DNA of 48,884 nucleotides from a virus (IMGVR_UViG_3300044210_000049:1-48884), one strand, 5' to 3'. Counted from the stretch's first letter, positions 38,724 to 47,755 are shown. Numbers and translations are program-made. Notes: generated from the sequence alone by a model not told the origin.

Positions 38724-39071
38724 ATGACAGTTAATCAATACGACGAAGCCGGGGCAATCTCTAAATTTTTTGTGGAATCTAACCAGACAGAGGCTAACAT
38801 TCTGGCAAATCCGCAAAGATGCCGATCTTTTATTGCAAATAACACGCTAAAAGAAATACTTTTCGACAAGGATTTGAATCCAATTATACTTTCTCCTTGG
38901 GGTAAAATAACCCTTAGTCATGGAGAACCACCCGCTCCTCCGGCAGGTGAACCGCCATTGCTGTATTTCGATTTAGACCTTGCTTCGCCTTACGATAAAT
39001 TGTTTTTCAAATTTCCTACAGGGGAAGGACCGGGATTTTTAATATGGTTACCTATTTCAGCAGAATATTGA
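38724..39071 (+). CDS. Hypothetical tail-module protein
   Basis: 115 aa. Confidence 0.6.
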   Translation: MTVNQYDEAGAISKFFVESNQTEANILANPQRCRSFIANNTLKEILFDKDLNPIILSPWGKITLSHGEPPAPPAGEPPLLYFDLDLASPYDKLFFKFPTGEGPGFLIWLPISAEY

Positions 39072-40963
39072 TTTTATTATTGTTGCCGTTTTGCATTTTT
39101 GCTCAATATCAAACCGATACAAAAAGCGCAAGGGTAAGAGATTCACTGAGGGTTATTGGAAAAGCAGATTTTGATTCTTTCATGACACTTAAAAAACTTT
39201 CCGGGGGAATTAACGATAAGTTGGTAAAAGTTGATAGATATGGTAAATTGGACACTACCAATGTGGCGGATACTGCATTGCGTGCCGATCGAGCAAGAAA
39301 CGTTTGGCAAAGCATTCTCGGCGATCCTTTACCGGCACTTCCCGGAAGCGGTTCAAAGGCGCTGGCATATACGCATCCCGGGGGTTATCCTTCCGCTTGG
39401 GCTTTTCTGGATTCTTTACGCGCTGCTTCTATGGCAGACTCGACTATTGCGGCAGACCGAGCTCGGAATGTATGGCAAAGCATTTTAAGCAAGCCCCTGC
39501 CTGCTTTGTCGGCGACACTTCAAGCGCTTTTTTATCTTCCAACCGGCGGTCCTATTGGAACCGGCGCTTGGGTATTTCTCGATTCTATTGGTAATTGCCA
39601 CAAAGCGGATACCGCTCTTGATGCGGGAAAGTTAGGCGGACAACTCCCATCTTACTATGCTGTCAATGGGGATACCGCTGGATTAGGCAATACAGTCCGG
39701 GGAGGAGCCGGGGCTGATGATCAGGGTAGGGCGTTATGTTGGATAGGAACCCATATGGCAGGGGCAATGAGAATAAAAGATACTACTGCAAGTGTAAAAC
39801 TTTTAAAGTTTGGAGACGGAACAACAGGGGACTCAGTACATTTTAGAACATCGATGAAAGTTGATGGAAAAATATGGGGAATTGCGGACTCATCATCAAG
39901 AGCGCAAAATTCCAATACTCTCGATGGATACCATGCAAGCAATTTTGCTTCTGCCGCGCACGGAGTAACGACAAATGCTGTCCCTTATGCTGCATCGTCC
40001 ACTACTTGGGGCACTTCTCATCTATATGACATCGGAACCGGCCTTAAACTCAACTCTACCGCCTCCGATATTGCAGCGTTGACATTAAGAGATTATACCG
40101 ATACCAGCAAAATTGCCGCCGCATTAAAAGTTACAGGCGATCAGCATGCGGGATATTTAGAGCTTTACACAAATTATAATTCATATGCAACGCCATACGT
40201 TTCTATATCTGGAAGAGTTAGCAGCCCTTCTTATTTTAATGCCGGGCCCGTAGGATTTGGCGTAGCCACTATAGACTCGCAGATTACCACAACATCGGGA
40301 CATTTTACAGGAAACGTTTTGGTTGAAGGGTTATTGCGCGCAAATGGATCGGCTTATGTCAGCGGATCATCAACGGCGCTCATATTAGATAGAACCAGCG
40401 CAACATATGGCCCTGGAATAACTTTTTATAGAAACGGTGCAAAAGAAAGTTTTATACAGTCAAGTGGATTAGGCGGCGGAGAAAAAGGGCTTGTGGTGTG
40501 CAACAGTTCAAATGCTGTAATAGCGTCATTTGCTGAAAACAGAGTCGTTAATGTAGATAAAAAAATCACTTCCGATACCGGAGATTTTATTAATGTTTCC
40601 TATAAAAAACTCTCCACCAATTCCGCCGAGCGGTCGTTCACCGGTCATCCTTGGGATACATGCGTGGCCGGGACGTGTCAGATTTTAGATACAATAGATT
40701 TGACAACAGACACCACGTCTTTCTTTTTTATCAATTTGGCTGACAGGCAATTAGGGGTTTCTTTTATACTGAAAATAGCGGGGGGTAAAATAGGCCGTTT
40801 GATACGGATATTTAACAATACCACTGTAGGAAGCGCCGCACTGACAATAGCGACTCTTAACGGAACCATCATTAGCGTTAACATTTACAACGGATATTAT
40901 CAGGAATTTTATAAAAAGACCAGTGATGATTTATCATGGATTGGGATGCGACCGGCGCCATAA
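39044..40963 (+). CDS. Tail fibre-like protein with signal peptide-like N-terminus
   Basis: KLGGQLPSYYA and TLDGYHASNF fibre motifs; ADRARNVWQSIL..PLPAL repeated twice. Confidence 0.7.
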   Translation: MVTYFSRILILLLLPFCIFAQYQTDTKSARVRDSLRVIGKADFDSFMTLKKLSGGINDKLVKVDRYGKLDTTNVADTALRADRARNVWQSILGDPLPALPGSGSKALAYTHPGGYPSAWAFLDSLRAASMADSTIAADRARNVWQSILSKPLPALSATLQALFYLPTGGPIGTGAWVFLDSIGNCHKADTALDAGKLGGQLPSYYAVNGDTAGLGNTVRGGAGADDQGRALCWIGTHMAGAMRIKDTTASVKLLKFGDGTTGDSVHFRTSMKVDGKIWGIADSSSRAQNSNTLDGYHASNFASAAHGVTTNAVPYAASSTTWGTSHLYDIGTGLKLNSTASDIAALTLRDYTDTSKIAAALKVTGDQHAGYLELYTNYNSYATPYVSISGRVSSPSYFNAGPVGFGVATIDSQITTTSGHFTGNVLVEGLLRANGSAYVSGSSTALILDRTSATYGPGITFYRNGAKESFIQSSGLGGGEKGLVVCNSSNAVIASFAENRVVNVDKKITSDTGDFINVSYKKLSTNSAERSFTGHPWDTCVAGTCQILDTIDLTTDTTSFFFINLADRQLGVSFILKIAGGKIGRLIRIFNNTTVGSAALTIATLNGTIISVNIYNGYYQEFYKKTSDDLSWIGMRPAP

Positions 40964-40974
40964 CAACGGGGAGC

Positions 40975-41253
40975 ATGATAGTTGTGAACTTGTCATTAAT
41001 TTTAACCGCCACGACATTGCTATCGGTTTTAATAGGACTATTCATGATTCCTTTTAAAGCCGGTAAGTTCACTCAGGATATAATTGACAAAATAGAATTA
41101 TTAAAGCAAATGCTTAATCAGCAAAAAAATGAGTTTGAAAGATTTCAACTGAAAACTGATAGAGAATTGATAATATTACGTACTGAATTAATGCATTTGA
41201 AAGAACGAACTGCCGGTTGCACTGGGTGTCACTCAAAACCGATTTTGGATTGA
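40975..41253 (+). CDS. Putative holin or membrane protein
   Basis: One transmembrane helix plus coiled coil, before the endolysin. Confidence 0.6.
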   Translation: MIVVNLSLILTATTLLSVLIGLFMIPFKAGKFTQDIIDKIELLKQMLNQQKNEFERFQLKTDRELIILRTELMHLKERTAGCTGCHSKPILD

Positions 41254-41306
41254 TGTTGATGTTATTAAAAATTTTTTCTTGGATTATAAATCGAAGGAGT
41301 AATAAA

Positions 41307-41618
41307 ATGCTTTCAATAAAAGTAAACGGAAAAGTATCTGTAAAAAAAATGACTCCGCAAATACTATTGGCCGATATTATCGTGAGTGGAATTTACAAAT
41401 CTCATGGCTATGATTGCGTTATTACTTCGGGTTGCGACGGCGACCATATGAACGGATCTCTGCATTATAACGGAAATGCTCATGATTACCGAATTTCAAA
41501 TATTGATATTTCTAACATAGGTGAAATCATGTTAAAGGAAATCAGAGAAGCGCTCGGGAATGAATACGATGTCATTTTAGAAAAAAATCATTTTCATGTG
41601 GAGTACGATCCAAAATAA
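41307..41618 (+). CDS. Endolysin, peptidase M15-like Zn peptidase
   Basis: VITSGCDGDH..GSLHY.G.AHD.R...HFHVEYDPK. Confidence 0.8.
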   Translation: MLSIKVNGKVSVKKMTPQILLADIIVSGIYKSHGYDCVITSGCDGDHMNGSLHYNGNAHDYRISNIDISNIGEIMLKEIREALGNEYDVILEKNHFHVEYDPK

Positions 41619-41640
41619 ATTTAAAGAAAGGGTTGTCGAT

Positions 41641-42411
41641 ATGAATATTTTATCGGTATTATCGGATTTGATGAATGGAAAAAAGTTTAATTCCGGAACG
41701 GCAGTTACGCTAATTGCTGCAATTTTATATATGGCTTTTCAGCAATTCGGAATAACTAACGAACAGACCGTATCATGGGCAACGCTGATTGTAGGGGCGT
41801 TCGGGGCGGTATTGGCGATCGTGGGATTGATTCATCGCTGGATTAAGGCAGCGCGAGAAAAAAAAGAATTACTCAAAACTGCCGGTGAGGCGGGAAAAAG
41901 GATAATTCCGTTACTTGTTATTGGAATATTTTCCATGGCTATTTTTTCCCCTGCCGGCGCGGCAACTCGCTTTGTCGGATTTGACCATTTCGTTGAACCG
42001 AATCCAACTATGTCCGCTTCATATAATAATCCCCCGGCAATTCCGGATACGCTCATAGGCTTCAAGTTGAACACCCCTATAACGTTCTTGGGGCTATCAA
42101 GAGGTCCGGGTAATCAATGGATACGCCCACAGCTCATGAAGTGCTTCGGCCTTGGACTGGCGCTTCAGAAGCAAGTCAATTTGGGCAAAAACAAAACACT
42201 GCTATCCGGTTCTGCCGACCTTATGTTTTTCCCTAACGGAGACTCAACCGCGGTGATCCCATTTGATATAGGCGCCGGGATCATTTTTAGTTCCGGGGCG
42301 ATAAATGATTTTGGGTTAGGAGTGGCGGTGAATTGCGGAAAAGTCGAAGGGAGAACAATCAACCGATTCGTCGGCATGATCGTTTGGGATTGGGTTCCGA
42401 GGAAAAACTGA
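41641..42411 (+). CDS. Membrane protein (holin-like N-terminus, beta-rich C-terminus)
   Basis: Three hydrophobic segments followed by amphipathic strands ending VWDW. Confidence 0.65.
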   Translation: MNILSVLSDLMNGKKFNSGTAVTLIAAILYMAFQQFGITNEQTVSWATLIVGAFGAVLAIVGLIHRWIKAAREKKELLKTAGEAGKRIIPLLVIGIFSMAIFSPAGAATRFVGFDHFVEPNPTMSASYNNPPAIPDTLIGFKLNTPITFLGLSRGPGNQWIRPQLMKCFGLGLALQKQVNLGKNKTLLSGSADLMFFPNGDSTAVIPFDIGAGIIFSSGAINDFGLGVAVNCGKVEGRTINRFVGMIVWDWVPRKN

Positions 42412-42776
42412 TGAGCAGCAAAGAACTTGTATTAATCTTAATAATATTGGTATTGCTTGTTTTCGGGATATTTCGAGAAGGCCGCGGCGATACTCTTTTT
42501 GACACCGTGGATATTGGTCCTTTTAAGCGCCAGATTTTGGACTATCACGTTCGGGACTCTTCAGAAAAGGCGCTTTATAGGGAATGGCTTACCTTTCGGA
42601 GGGATTCGACACTTGTAGAGTTGGCGATGTATTCTAATTTTCTCGATTTGGTTTATGGAACTCAGGATGATTTCAAGAAAAAGAAAATACCTTATGAAAA
42701 AAAATATCGTTCGGAACCTATCGAGATAAACCATGCGGACTCTCTCGATTTGGCGCGCCAAAAGATTCAATTTTGA
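42411..42776 (+). CDS. Membrane-anchored protein
   Basis: MSSKELVLILIILVLLVFGIF. Confidence 0.65.
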   Translation: MSSKELVLILIILVLLVFGIFREGRGDTLFDTVDIGPFKRQILDYHVRDSSEKALYREWLTFRRDSTLVELAMYSNFLDLVYGTQDDFKKKKIPYEKKYRSEPIEINHADSLDLARQKIQF

Positions 42777-42916
42777 GGCAGCATGATATTATATATTATC
42801 TTTTTCATCCTAATATCACTCACCATCCTTTTCGAAGATAAGTTAAGACGTGTTTCGTTTATCGGTAAAGCGCTTTTAAGCGTTGATAGATTTCTTTCAA
42901 AAATTAAAGGAAGAAT

Positions 42917-44797
42917 ATGAATAAAATACTGTTTTTTATATTGGCAATTTATACATTTTCTTTTTCCTCCGCACCATCATTTGCGTATGAAAAGCAATCG
43001 GTGACTATCAATATGATTAAAAAAATTCAACCTTCGTATTTTTGCAGGATGATGAAAACGACGATGGATTCCTTATCAAATTCCAATAGTTACGAGCACA
43101 ATATCCGTTTTTATAATGGTGTTTATTACTTTTTTTATGAATATGGAAATGAGCAATATGCATGCACGACCACCATTTTAGATAGCCTTCCGGTTGAAAT
43201 AACAAAACGGACATATGTAATACGAACGACGGATGACAAACATGTGGGGAGTTACCCTAATGCGTTTTACGATTCTTCATATCATCGATGGAACATGTTT
43301 TCAGCGGCATATGTTAATCCTCAATGGTATGGTGTGCATTCTGTTTCCACGTCATGGAAGGGGCCGTATACAGTACTCGATACCTTTGATTCCAATGTCG
43401 CCGATATGAATTGGATAAAATATAAAAATAAAATGATTGGTATATCCAATTGTCCGAACAGTAACTTTTATTCTCGCGTTTACAAAAGTGATGTTCTTGG
43501 AAAACCGTATTCCGTTTATCCAAAGCCTTTTTTTCCATCATATCAGGCTTTCGATTCAACCATGTATTCTTACTATAGGATACAGGGAGACGATGGTCTT
43601 TTTTGGCATAATAACAGACTATATTTTACTTTTTTTCCTAAAAATTCCCTGGCCGGAGGAGAGGGATATCTTTCCGAAGGTATCGCATTGACAGAAATAG
43701 ACACTTCAACATTTAAAGCAAAATATCCGCCATATTTAATACATTTAAAAACGTCCAGCGGTTCGCCATCGTTTATTCCTGACAACACTGAAAGAATATT
43801 ATATCGTAATGTAGGTATTTTAGGAATTCTTTCTCCTGATAATTCTTATGCTCTGCGAAATCATAAAGATTTATTCCGTTTAAATTTGGCTACAGGAATG
43901 GATTCCGCAATTGGACTTCCGGCACATTTTAGCAGGGCTATTATTCCTTCAGGCGGTGGTGAGGCATGGTACTCAGATAGTGGATATGTGAAATCTGCGG
44001 TTAGTACAAATGGACTGTATGGTTTTATGTCTCAGTCTCGGTTCTGGGGTGTATATATCAATATAAAAATAAAATTCTGGTCTATTCCTGCTGCTGCTAA
44101 TTATAGAGTTTTATTTGCAATTGCGGACGACGATCCATATGTCGGAACTCCGGTAATAGCAGTCCTACAACATGGTGCTAATTTACTATGGAGTATTGGA
44201 AGTGGAACAACTTCAGATTTCGGAGAGGACAACGTTGTATCTTCATTAACAACAGGCGTTGAATATGATTTTAAAATAAAACGAATACAGGATACGGTAA
44301 AGTTGCTTAAAAATGACGTTGTTTTATCTAAAAAATACTTTGCTTTAGCAGATAGTTTTTCAAAGGGAAGCAGTTCGTATTTTGAATGGAGGCTTGGGAC
44401 GCGTGAAGGGGCTCAAATGGCCAGTCCGTACCCATATCCGTCATTCCAAGGGAAAGTGAGTCGGTTTTATGCGAATATCGATTCCGTATCTCTTTCTCCT
44501 CAATTGGATTATGATACCATTGTCACATCTAATTTCACCATCGATACCGTAGTTTCTTCCGGAGGCGCCATCGATAGTTTCTCTGCCTCCGGCGTACCGC
44601 TCGGTATGTGGGTTGATCGGATCACCGGGAAGCTCTCTGGAACTCCGCTGGATACCGGGCACTGGACGGTAATAACTACAGGGTATAATACGGATGGAAA
44701 CGGATTGGATACTGTTTTAATTAATTCTTTTTGGGGGTCAGGATCAAATTTAAAGAAATATCGACGCTTTAGGTTTGGTAATGGGTTTGGATTCTAA
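42917..44797 (+). CDS. Secreted multi-domain protein (propeller-like, ConA/LamG-like and Ig-like domains)
   Basis: Signal peptide; SASGVPLGMWVDRITGKLSGTP Ig-type motif; FQGKVSRF LamG-like end. Confidence 0.7.
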   Translation: MNKILFFILAIYTFSFSSAPSFAYEKQSVTINMIKKIQPSYFCRMMKTTMDSLSNSNSYEHNIRFYNGVYYFFYEYGNEQYACTTTILDSLPVEITKRTYVIRTTDDKHVGSYPNAFYDSSYHRWNMFSAAYVNPQWYGVHSVSTSWKGPYTVLDTFDSNVADMNWIKYKNKMIGISNCPNSNFYSRVYKSDVLGKPYSVYPKPFFPSYQAFDSTMYSYYRIQGDDGLFWHNNRLYFTFFPKNSLAGGEGYLSEGIALTEIDTSTFKAKYPPYLIHLKTSSGSPSFIPDNTERILYRNVGILGILSPDNSYALRNHKDLFRLNLATGMDSAIGLPAHFSRAIIPSGGGEAWYSDSGYVKSAVSTNGLYGFMSQSRFWGVYINIKIKFWSIPAAANYRVLFAIADDDPYVGTPVIAVLQHGANLLWSIGSGTTSDFGEDNVVSSLTTGVEYDFKIKRIQDTVKLLKNDVVLSKKYFALADSFSKGSSSYFEWRLGTREGAQMASPYPYPSFQGKVSRFYANIDSVSLSPQLDYDTIVTSNFTIDTVVSSGGAIDSFSASGVPLGMWVDRITGKLSGTPLDTGHWTVITTGYNTDGNGLDTVLINSFWGSGSNLKKYRRFRFGNGFGF

Positions 44798-44848
44798 CGA
44801 TGCAACGATGCAAATAACCGGTCCTCCGGTTAATTTGCGTTGTTGGTC
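44792..44848 (-). other. Terminal attC-like hairpin, possibly also a convergent terminator
   Basis: ttctAAC..caacgatgcaaataaccgg-tcct-ccggttaatttgcgtt-GTTggtc, where the two transcription directions meet. Confidence 0.55.
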
Positions 44849-44864
44849 GGCTGCACGAAGTCCG

Positions 44865-44942
44865 CTATCTTTTTAATCCCCAAATCATAAACGCAAACGC
44901 AAAGCATACTCCAACTATTGCAAAAGCTGTCGGCCAGTCCAT
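44865..44942 (-). CDS. 25 aa membrane peptide
   Basis: MDWPTAFAIVGVCFAFAFMIWGLKR with AAGGA RBS. Confidence 0.55.
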   Translation of the reverse strand: MDWPTAFAIVGVCFAFAFMIWGLKR

Positions 44943-44964
44943 AATTAATCCTTTTTTAATTTAC

Positions 44965-45210
44965 TTATTTTACTTTCGGCCATGGTGATTCGCCTTTAGG
45001 CTTAATTAATGAATATCCATCATCATCACTATGGCACTCACAAATATTAACACTATATTTATACGCAATCTTTTTGCACTTGTTTTTACGCTTATTTGAA
45101 TAATAACTGCAACCATTATTAACGCATATTTCCATCGGTCCCGATATTTTTGTGGCTATTGTTTGCTGGTTTTGCGGATTCAATTTATTACGCATAGCAT
45201 TTTCTTCCAT
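44965..45210 (-). CDS. Cys-rich hypothetical protein in the degenerate array tail
   Basis: 81 aa; crosses a degenerate site near 45120-45170. Confidence 0.55.
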   Translation of the reverse strand: MEENAMRNKLNPQNQQTIATKISGPMEICVNNGCSYYSNKRKNKCKKIAYKYSVNICECHSDDDGYSLIKPKGESPWPKVK

Positions 45211-45365
45211 TCTATTATTAAAAATGGTGAAGGCTTCCTACAGTTTACAACCCTACACATTGCGCAGGATTTCTCGTTTTTTACTGCACGGATCCCGGTG
45301 AGATCACGGGCCTGTGTAGACCGCGTTTCATTGATTACATCCATATAAAAGCCTTCACCATGTCC

Positions 45366-45519
45366 AGCCAAAGTTCACCGCATTGCGCGAAGTTGCGCTA
45401 TTCGATCATTTATCTTTTGTTTAATAAAAAAATATGAGTTACGGGTATTATTACAATTGACATCGGTGTCTTTTAGTACCGTTTCCAGCCAAGCAATTTC
45501 GTCGCTGCGGTTGTTATGC
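45366..45519 (-). other. attC-like site of cassette O (core mutated AAC to AAA)
   Basis: agccAAA-gttc-accgcattgcgcgaagttgc ... gcaatttcgtcgctgcggt-t-GTTatgc. Confidence 0.7.
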
Positions 45520-45635
45520 GAATGTTTTGACGCATCCGCAATGTTCCTTGAAAATGGATTCTCAAATGTTTTTGGAGAAACCCAAACTTCATTATCCGGT
45601 ACAAGGCTATTTGCTATCAAAAACTTCTCATCCAT
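45375..45635 (-). CDS. Cassette O protein
   Basis: MDEKFLIA start with GGAG RBS; tail lies in the attC loop. Confidence 0.75.
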   Translation of the reverse strand: MDEKFLIANSLVPDNEVWVSPKTFENPFSRNIADASKHSHNNRSDEIAWLETVLKDTDVNCNNTRNSYFFIKQKINDRIAQLRAMR

Positions 45636-45668
45636 TTTCAACTCCAATATAAGAGCGGTAAAACTTTT

Positions 45669-45723
45669 GTATAACTGATCGCAAATTGGCGGTCGTTTTA
45701 ATGCTACACTTTCGCTGTTATAC
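45669..45723 (-). other. attC-like site of cassette N
   Basis: gtatAAC...GTTatac, 55 bp, weak inner stem. Confidence 0.65.
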
Positions 45724-45859
45724 GAAGTTTGTCGGTCTTCCTTAATTTACTGCCACCAATGAATTTACATTTTTTAAATTTACACTTAGTATGAAAAACT
45801 CCGGCACCAACTGAAATAAGATTTATGTACTTGCAAAAAAAACATTTTCTTATTTTCAC
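45704..45859 (-). CDS. Cassette N small Cys-rich basic protein
   Basis: GTG start after AAGGA; CFFC...CKFKKC. Confidence 0.6.
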   Translation of the reverse strand: MKIRKCFFCKYINLISVGAGVFHTKCKFKKCKFIGGSKLRKTDKLRITAKV

Positions 45860-45899
45860 TTTTATTCCTTTAGGCGGCCTATAATAACGTGCTTTTGAC

Positions 45900-45978
45900 C
45901 GCCAACGTATTGCGGTACGCATGAAGTAAAGTACGACTGCATACCGCTTACCTTTATTTTATGCTGCCGCTGTTAAAT
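45900..45978 (-). other. attC-like site of cassette M
   Basis: cgccAAC-gtatt-gcggtacgcatgaagtaaag ... ctttattttatgctgccgc-t-GTTaaat. Confidence 0.8.
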
Positions 45979-46204
45979 GCTGTTTAGGCAACATCCTTTT
46001 ATCTGCGGGCGGACCGTAACAAATGTTTATTGCTTTAATAAGACAATTAACGCAAAGATCGCCACCATTTATGATTCCGTTTGTTCCTGACATAATCTCA
46101 AAATTTACACCAGTATTTTCTACCATGGGACAGCCACGCAAGCGATTCGATGTTACCGATTTTTCTACTTCGCTCCCGCAAGCGTCGCAATAATGTTTAA
46201 TCAT
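45959..46204 (-). CDS. Cassette M zinc-finger-like protein
   Basis: YCDACG...DLCVNC, AAGGAG RBS. Confidence 0.8.
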   Translation of the reverse strand: MIKHYCDACGSEVEKSVTSNRLRGCPMVENTGVNFEIMSGTNGIINGGDLCVNCLIKAINICYGPPADKRMLPKQHLTAAA

Positions 46205-46249
46205 TTTAAGCTCCTTGCCGCCCGCCTATTTATATGGTCGAAGCGGCAT

Positions 46250-46412
46250 TGAAAACGTTTGATAAATGGAGAAGTGCGCGGCGGTTCCGTAGTGCGCTTC
46301 GTGCTGATTAACAGCACTTCCCGGCTATACACGGTACCATAATTCCGGTATGCAATTGCCGCGCATTTTGCTTCACCATTCATTTATGCTGCCAGACATT
46401 TATTTGTTAGAT
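46250..46412 (-). other. attC-like site of cassette L (long)
   Basis: tgaaAAC-gtttg-ataaatg..gtgcgcggc ... gccgcgcat...catttat-tt-GTTagat. Confidence 0.7.
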
Positions 46413-46492
46413 GCCGTTGAAAAGGGCTTCCATAATGTAAGCGCACGCCTTGCGACGGCCACCGATCTCACTGAAGCGCATACGCGGTTCAT
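46400..46492 (-). CDS. Cassette L 30 aa peptide (or non-coding cassette)
   Basis: GAGGAtaATG; MNRVCASVRSVAVARRALTLWKPFSTASNK. Confidence 0.35.
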   Translation of the reverse strand: MNRVCASVRSVAVARRALTLWKPFSTASNK

Positions 46493-46554
46493 TATCCTCG
46501 ATAGTTCTGACTTTATGGAAGCGCCTACTAACATAAAAGCCCTTTTCTATGGCA

Positions 46555-46695
46555 TTATAACGCCCGACAAAGGGCGAAGTTATTTCGATTTGTAACATTC
46601 AGGCTTACAGTTTTTTATATAGTCAATACAGTTAAAACAACGATTAGCACATGTTTCACGGGACGGAATAATTTCTCCCCTTTGCTCTGTTGTAG
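46555..46695 (-). other. attC-like site of cassette K (long, with coding loop)
   Basis: ttatAAC-gcccga-caaagggcgaagtta ... taatttctcccctttg-ctct-GTTgtag. Confidence 0.8.
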
Positions 46696-46876
46696 GTGCT
46701 ACACCCTCCAGAGTACGCCCCGCTGTTTCTGGTTGCGTTTCCAAAGTCTTTGCGGCTCGATTTTCCAACCACAAAACATACTTTAATGTGTGCCACGTAA
46801 GACCTTCCAATTGGTAAACTACATCTTCGCCAGTTTCGGTTTTATACAGTGTCATCAGTTTGTAATTTAGAGACAT
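46580..46876 (-). CDS. Cassette K protein with Cys-rich tail
   Basis: 98 aa. Confidence 0.75.
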   Translation of the reverse strand: MSLNYKLMTLYKTETGEDVVYQLEGLTWHTLKYVLWLENRAAKTLETQPETAGRTLEGVAPTTEQRGEIIPSRETCANRCFNCIDYIKNCKPECYKSK

Positions 46877-46919
46877 TCGAGCCGCCTATTTAATAATGGT
46901 TTTCGCAACCAGAAATTTA

Positions 46920-46996
46920 CTACAACGGGAAAGTATGTTGCTGTTTGGTACAACCGCATATCTACTTTCCCAAATGGAAACATACGGTTGTTGTGA
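46920..46996 (-). other. attC-like site of cassette J
   Basis: ctacAAC-gggaaa-gtatgtt..tttgg ... ccaaa..aacatac-ggtt-GTTgtga. Confidence 0.85.
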
Positions 46997-47033
46997 ACTG
47001 TAAACGCGCTTCCGCATTATGCTTTCGGCGCAT

Positions 47034-47165
47034 TTACTTTTTGTTGCTGCCGGGCTTGGTAAAACCGCGTCCCCCCAATTCTTTATCATTTTCTACCGCA
47101 CGGCGATAACCTTCTTGACGGGCTTCAAGACGCTTCTTTGATTTTGAAAGTTTGTTTCTGCTCAT
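47034..47165 (-). CDS. Cassette J 43 aa basic peptide (not in the ORF track)
   Basis: AAGGAG RBS; MSRNKLSKSKKRLEARQEGYRRAVENDKELGGRGFTKPGSNKK. Confidence 0.75.
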   Translation of the reverse strand: MSRNKLSKSKKRLEARQEGYRRAVENDKELGGRGFTKPGSNKK

Positions 47166-47217
47166 TTGATAACTCCTTTATGCGCCGAACTATTAAATTC
47201 AAAAGCGCGTTTATGGT

Positions 47218-47287
47218 TTATAACGTCCGACAAATGGAGAAGTTCCGCCTCGGAATTTAGCCTTGCGGCTCCATTTGTTTGTTAGGC
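47218..47287 (-). other. attC-like site of cassette I
   Basis: ttatAAC-gtccg-acaaatggag ... ctccatttgt-tt-GTTaggc. Confidence 0.85.
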
Positions 47288-47634
47288 GCTGAATTGACTG
47301 CTTCCACATTTCCCGCCGCTCCTTGTTTGAATATTGACGAAAGCATATTTATTTCACGGTCGTGAAGTTTTTTTATTTCTGCCTGCAAATCGTAAAAGTC
47401 CATTTTGGGGAGCCGGATTTTCTCGATACGATACCCAACGAGAGCAAGAAACGGTAACAAAACATCCATTGTAAAAATATGCTGGCTTACCCAGCTATGC
47501 CCGGCCATTTCTTTCATGCCAGCGCAATCCCTTTGCCACTCCCAAAGCAACTTAAAAAAATCCTTTGCATCATGGAAGTCTTTAAGAAAATCCGGCACTT
47601 GTTTCTCGTCATGAAGATATTGCTTAATGTCCAT
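47257..47634 (-). CDS. Cassette I hypothetical protein
   Basis: 125 aa, PDFLKDFHDAKDFFK motif. Confidence 0.8.
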   Translation of the reverse strand: MDIKQYLHDEKQVPDFLKDFHDAKDFFKLLWEWQRDCAGMKEMAGHSWVSQHIFTMDVLLPFLALVGYRIEKIRLPKMDFYDLQAEIKKLHDREINMLSSIFKQGAAGNVEAVNSAPNKQMEPQG

Positions 47635-47685
47635 AAGTAATTTTTTCCTGGCGCGGCCTACTCACATAAAAGCAGGCAATTTTGC

Positions 47686-47755
47686 GCATAACTTTGACCA
47701 AGTGCGAAGTGCTGTACTCAGCATTTAGGCTTCCGGCGCACTTGGTTTGTTGTTT
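47686..47755 (-). other. attC-like site of cassette H
   Basis: gcatAAC-tttg-accaagtgcg ... cgcacttggt-tt-GTTgttt. Confidence 0.85.

Noticed and set aside
39044-40963. Diversity-generating retroelement target
   Set aside because: There is no reverse transcriptase, and the internal repeat is an ordinary in-frame duplication.
46886-47089. ORFs 46886..47089, 46201..46383 and 46407..46598
   Set aside because: They cross cassette boundaries and lack a good RBS; better in-cassette ORFs exist.
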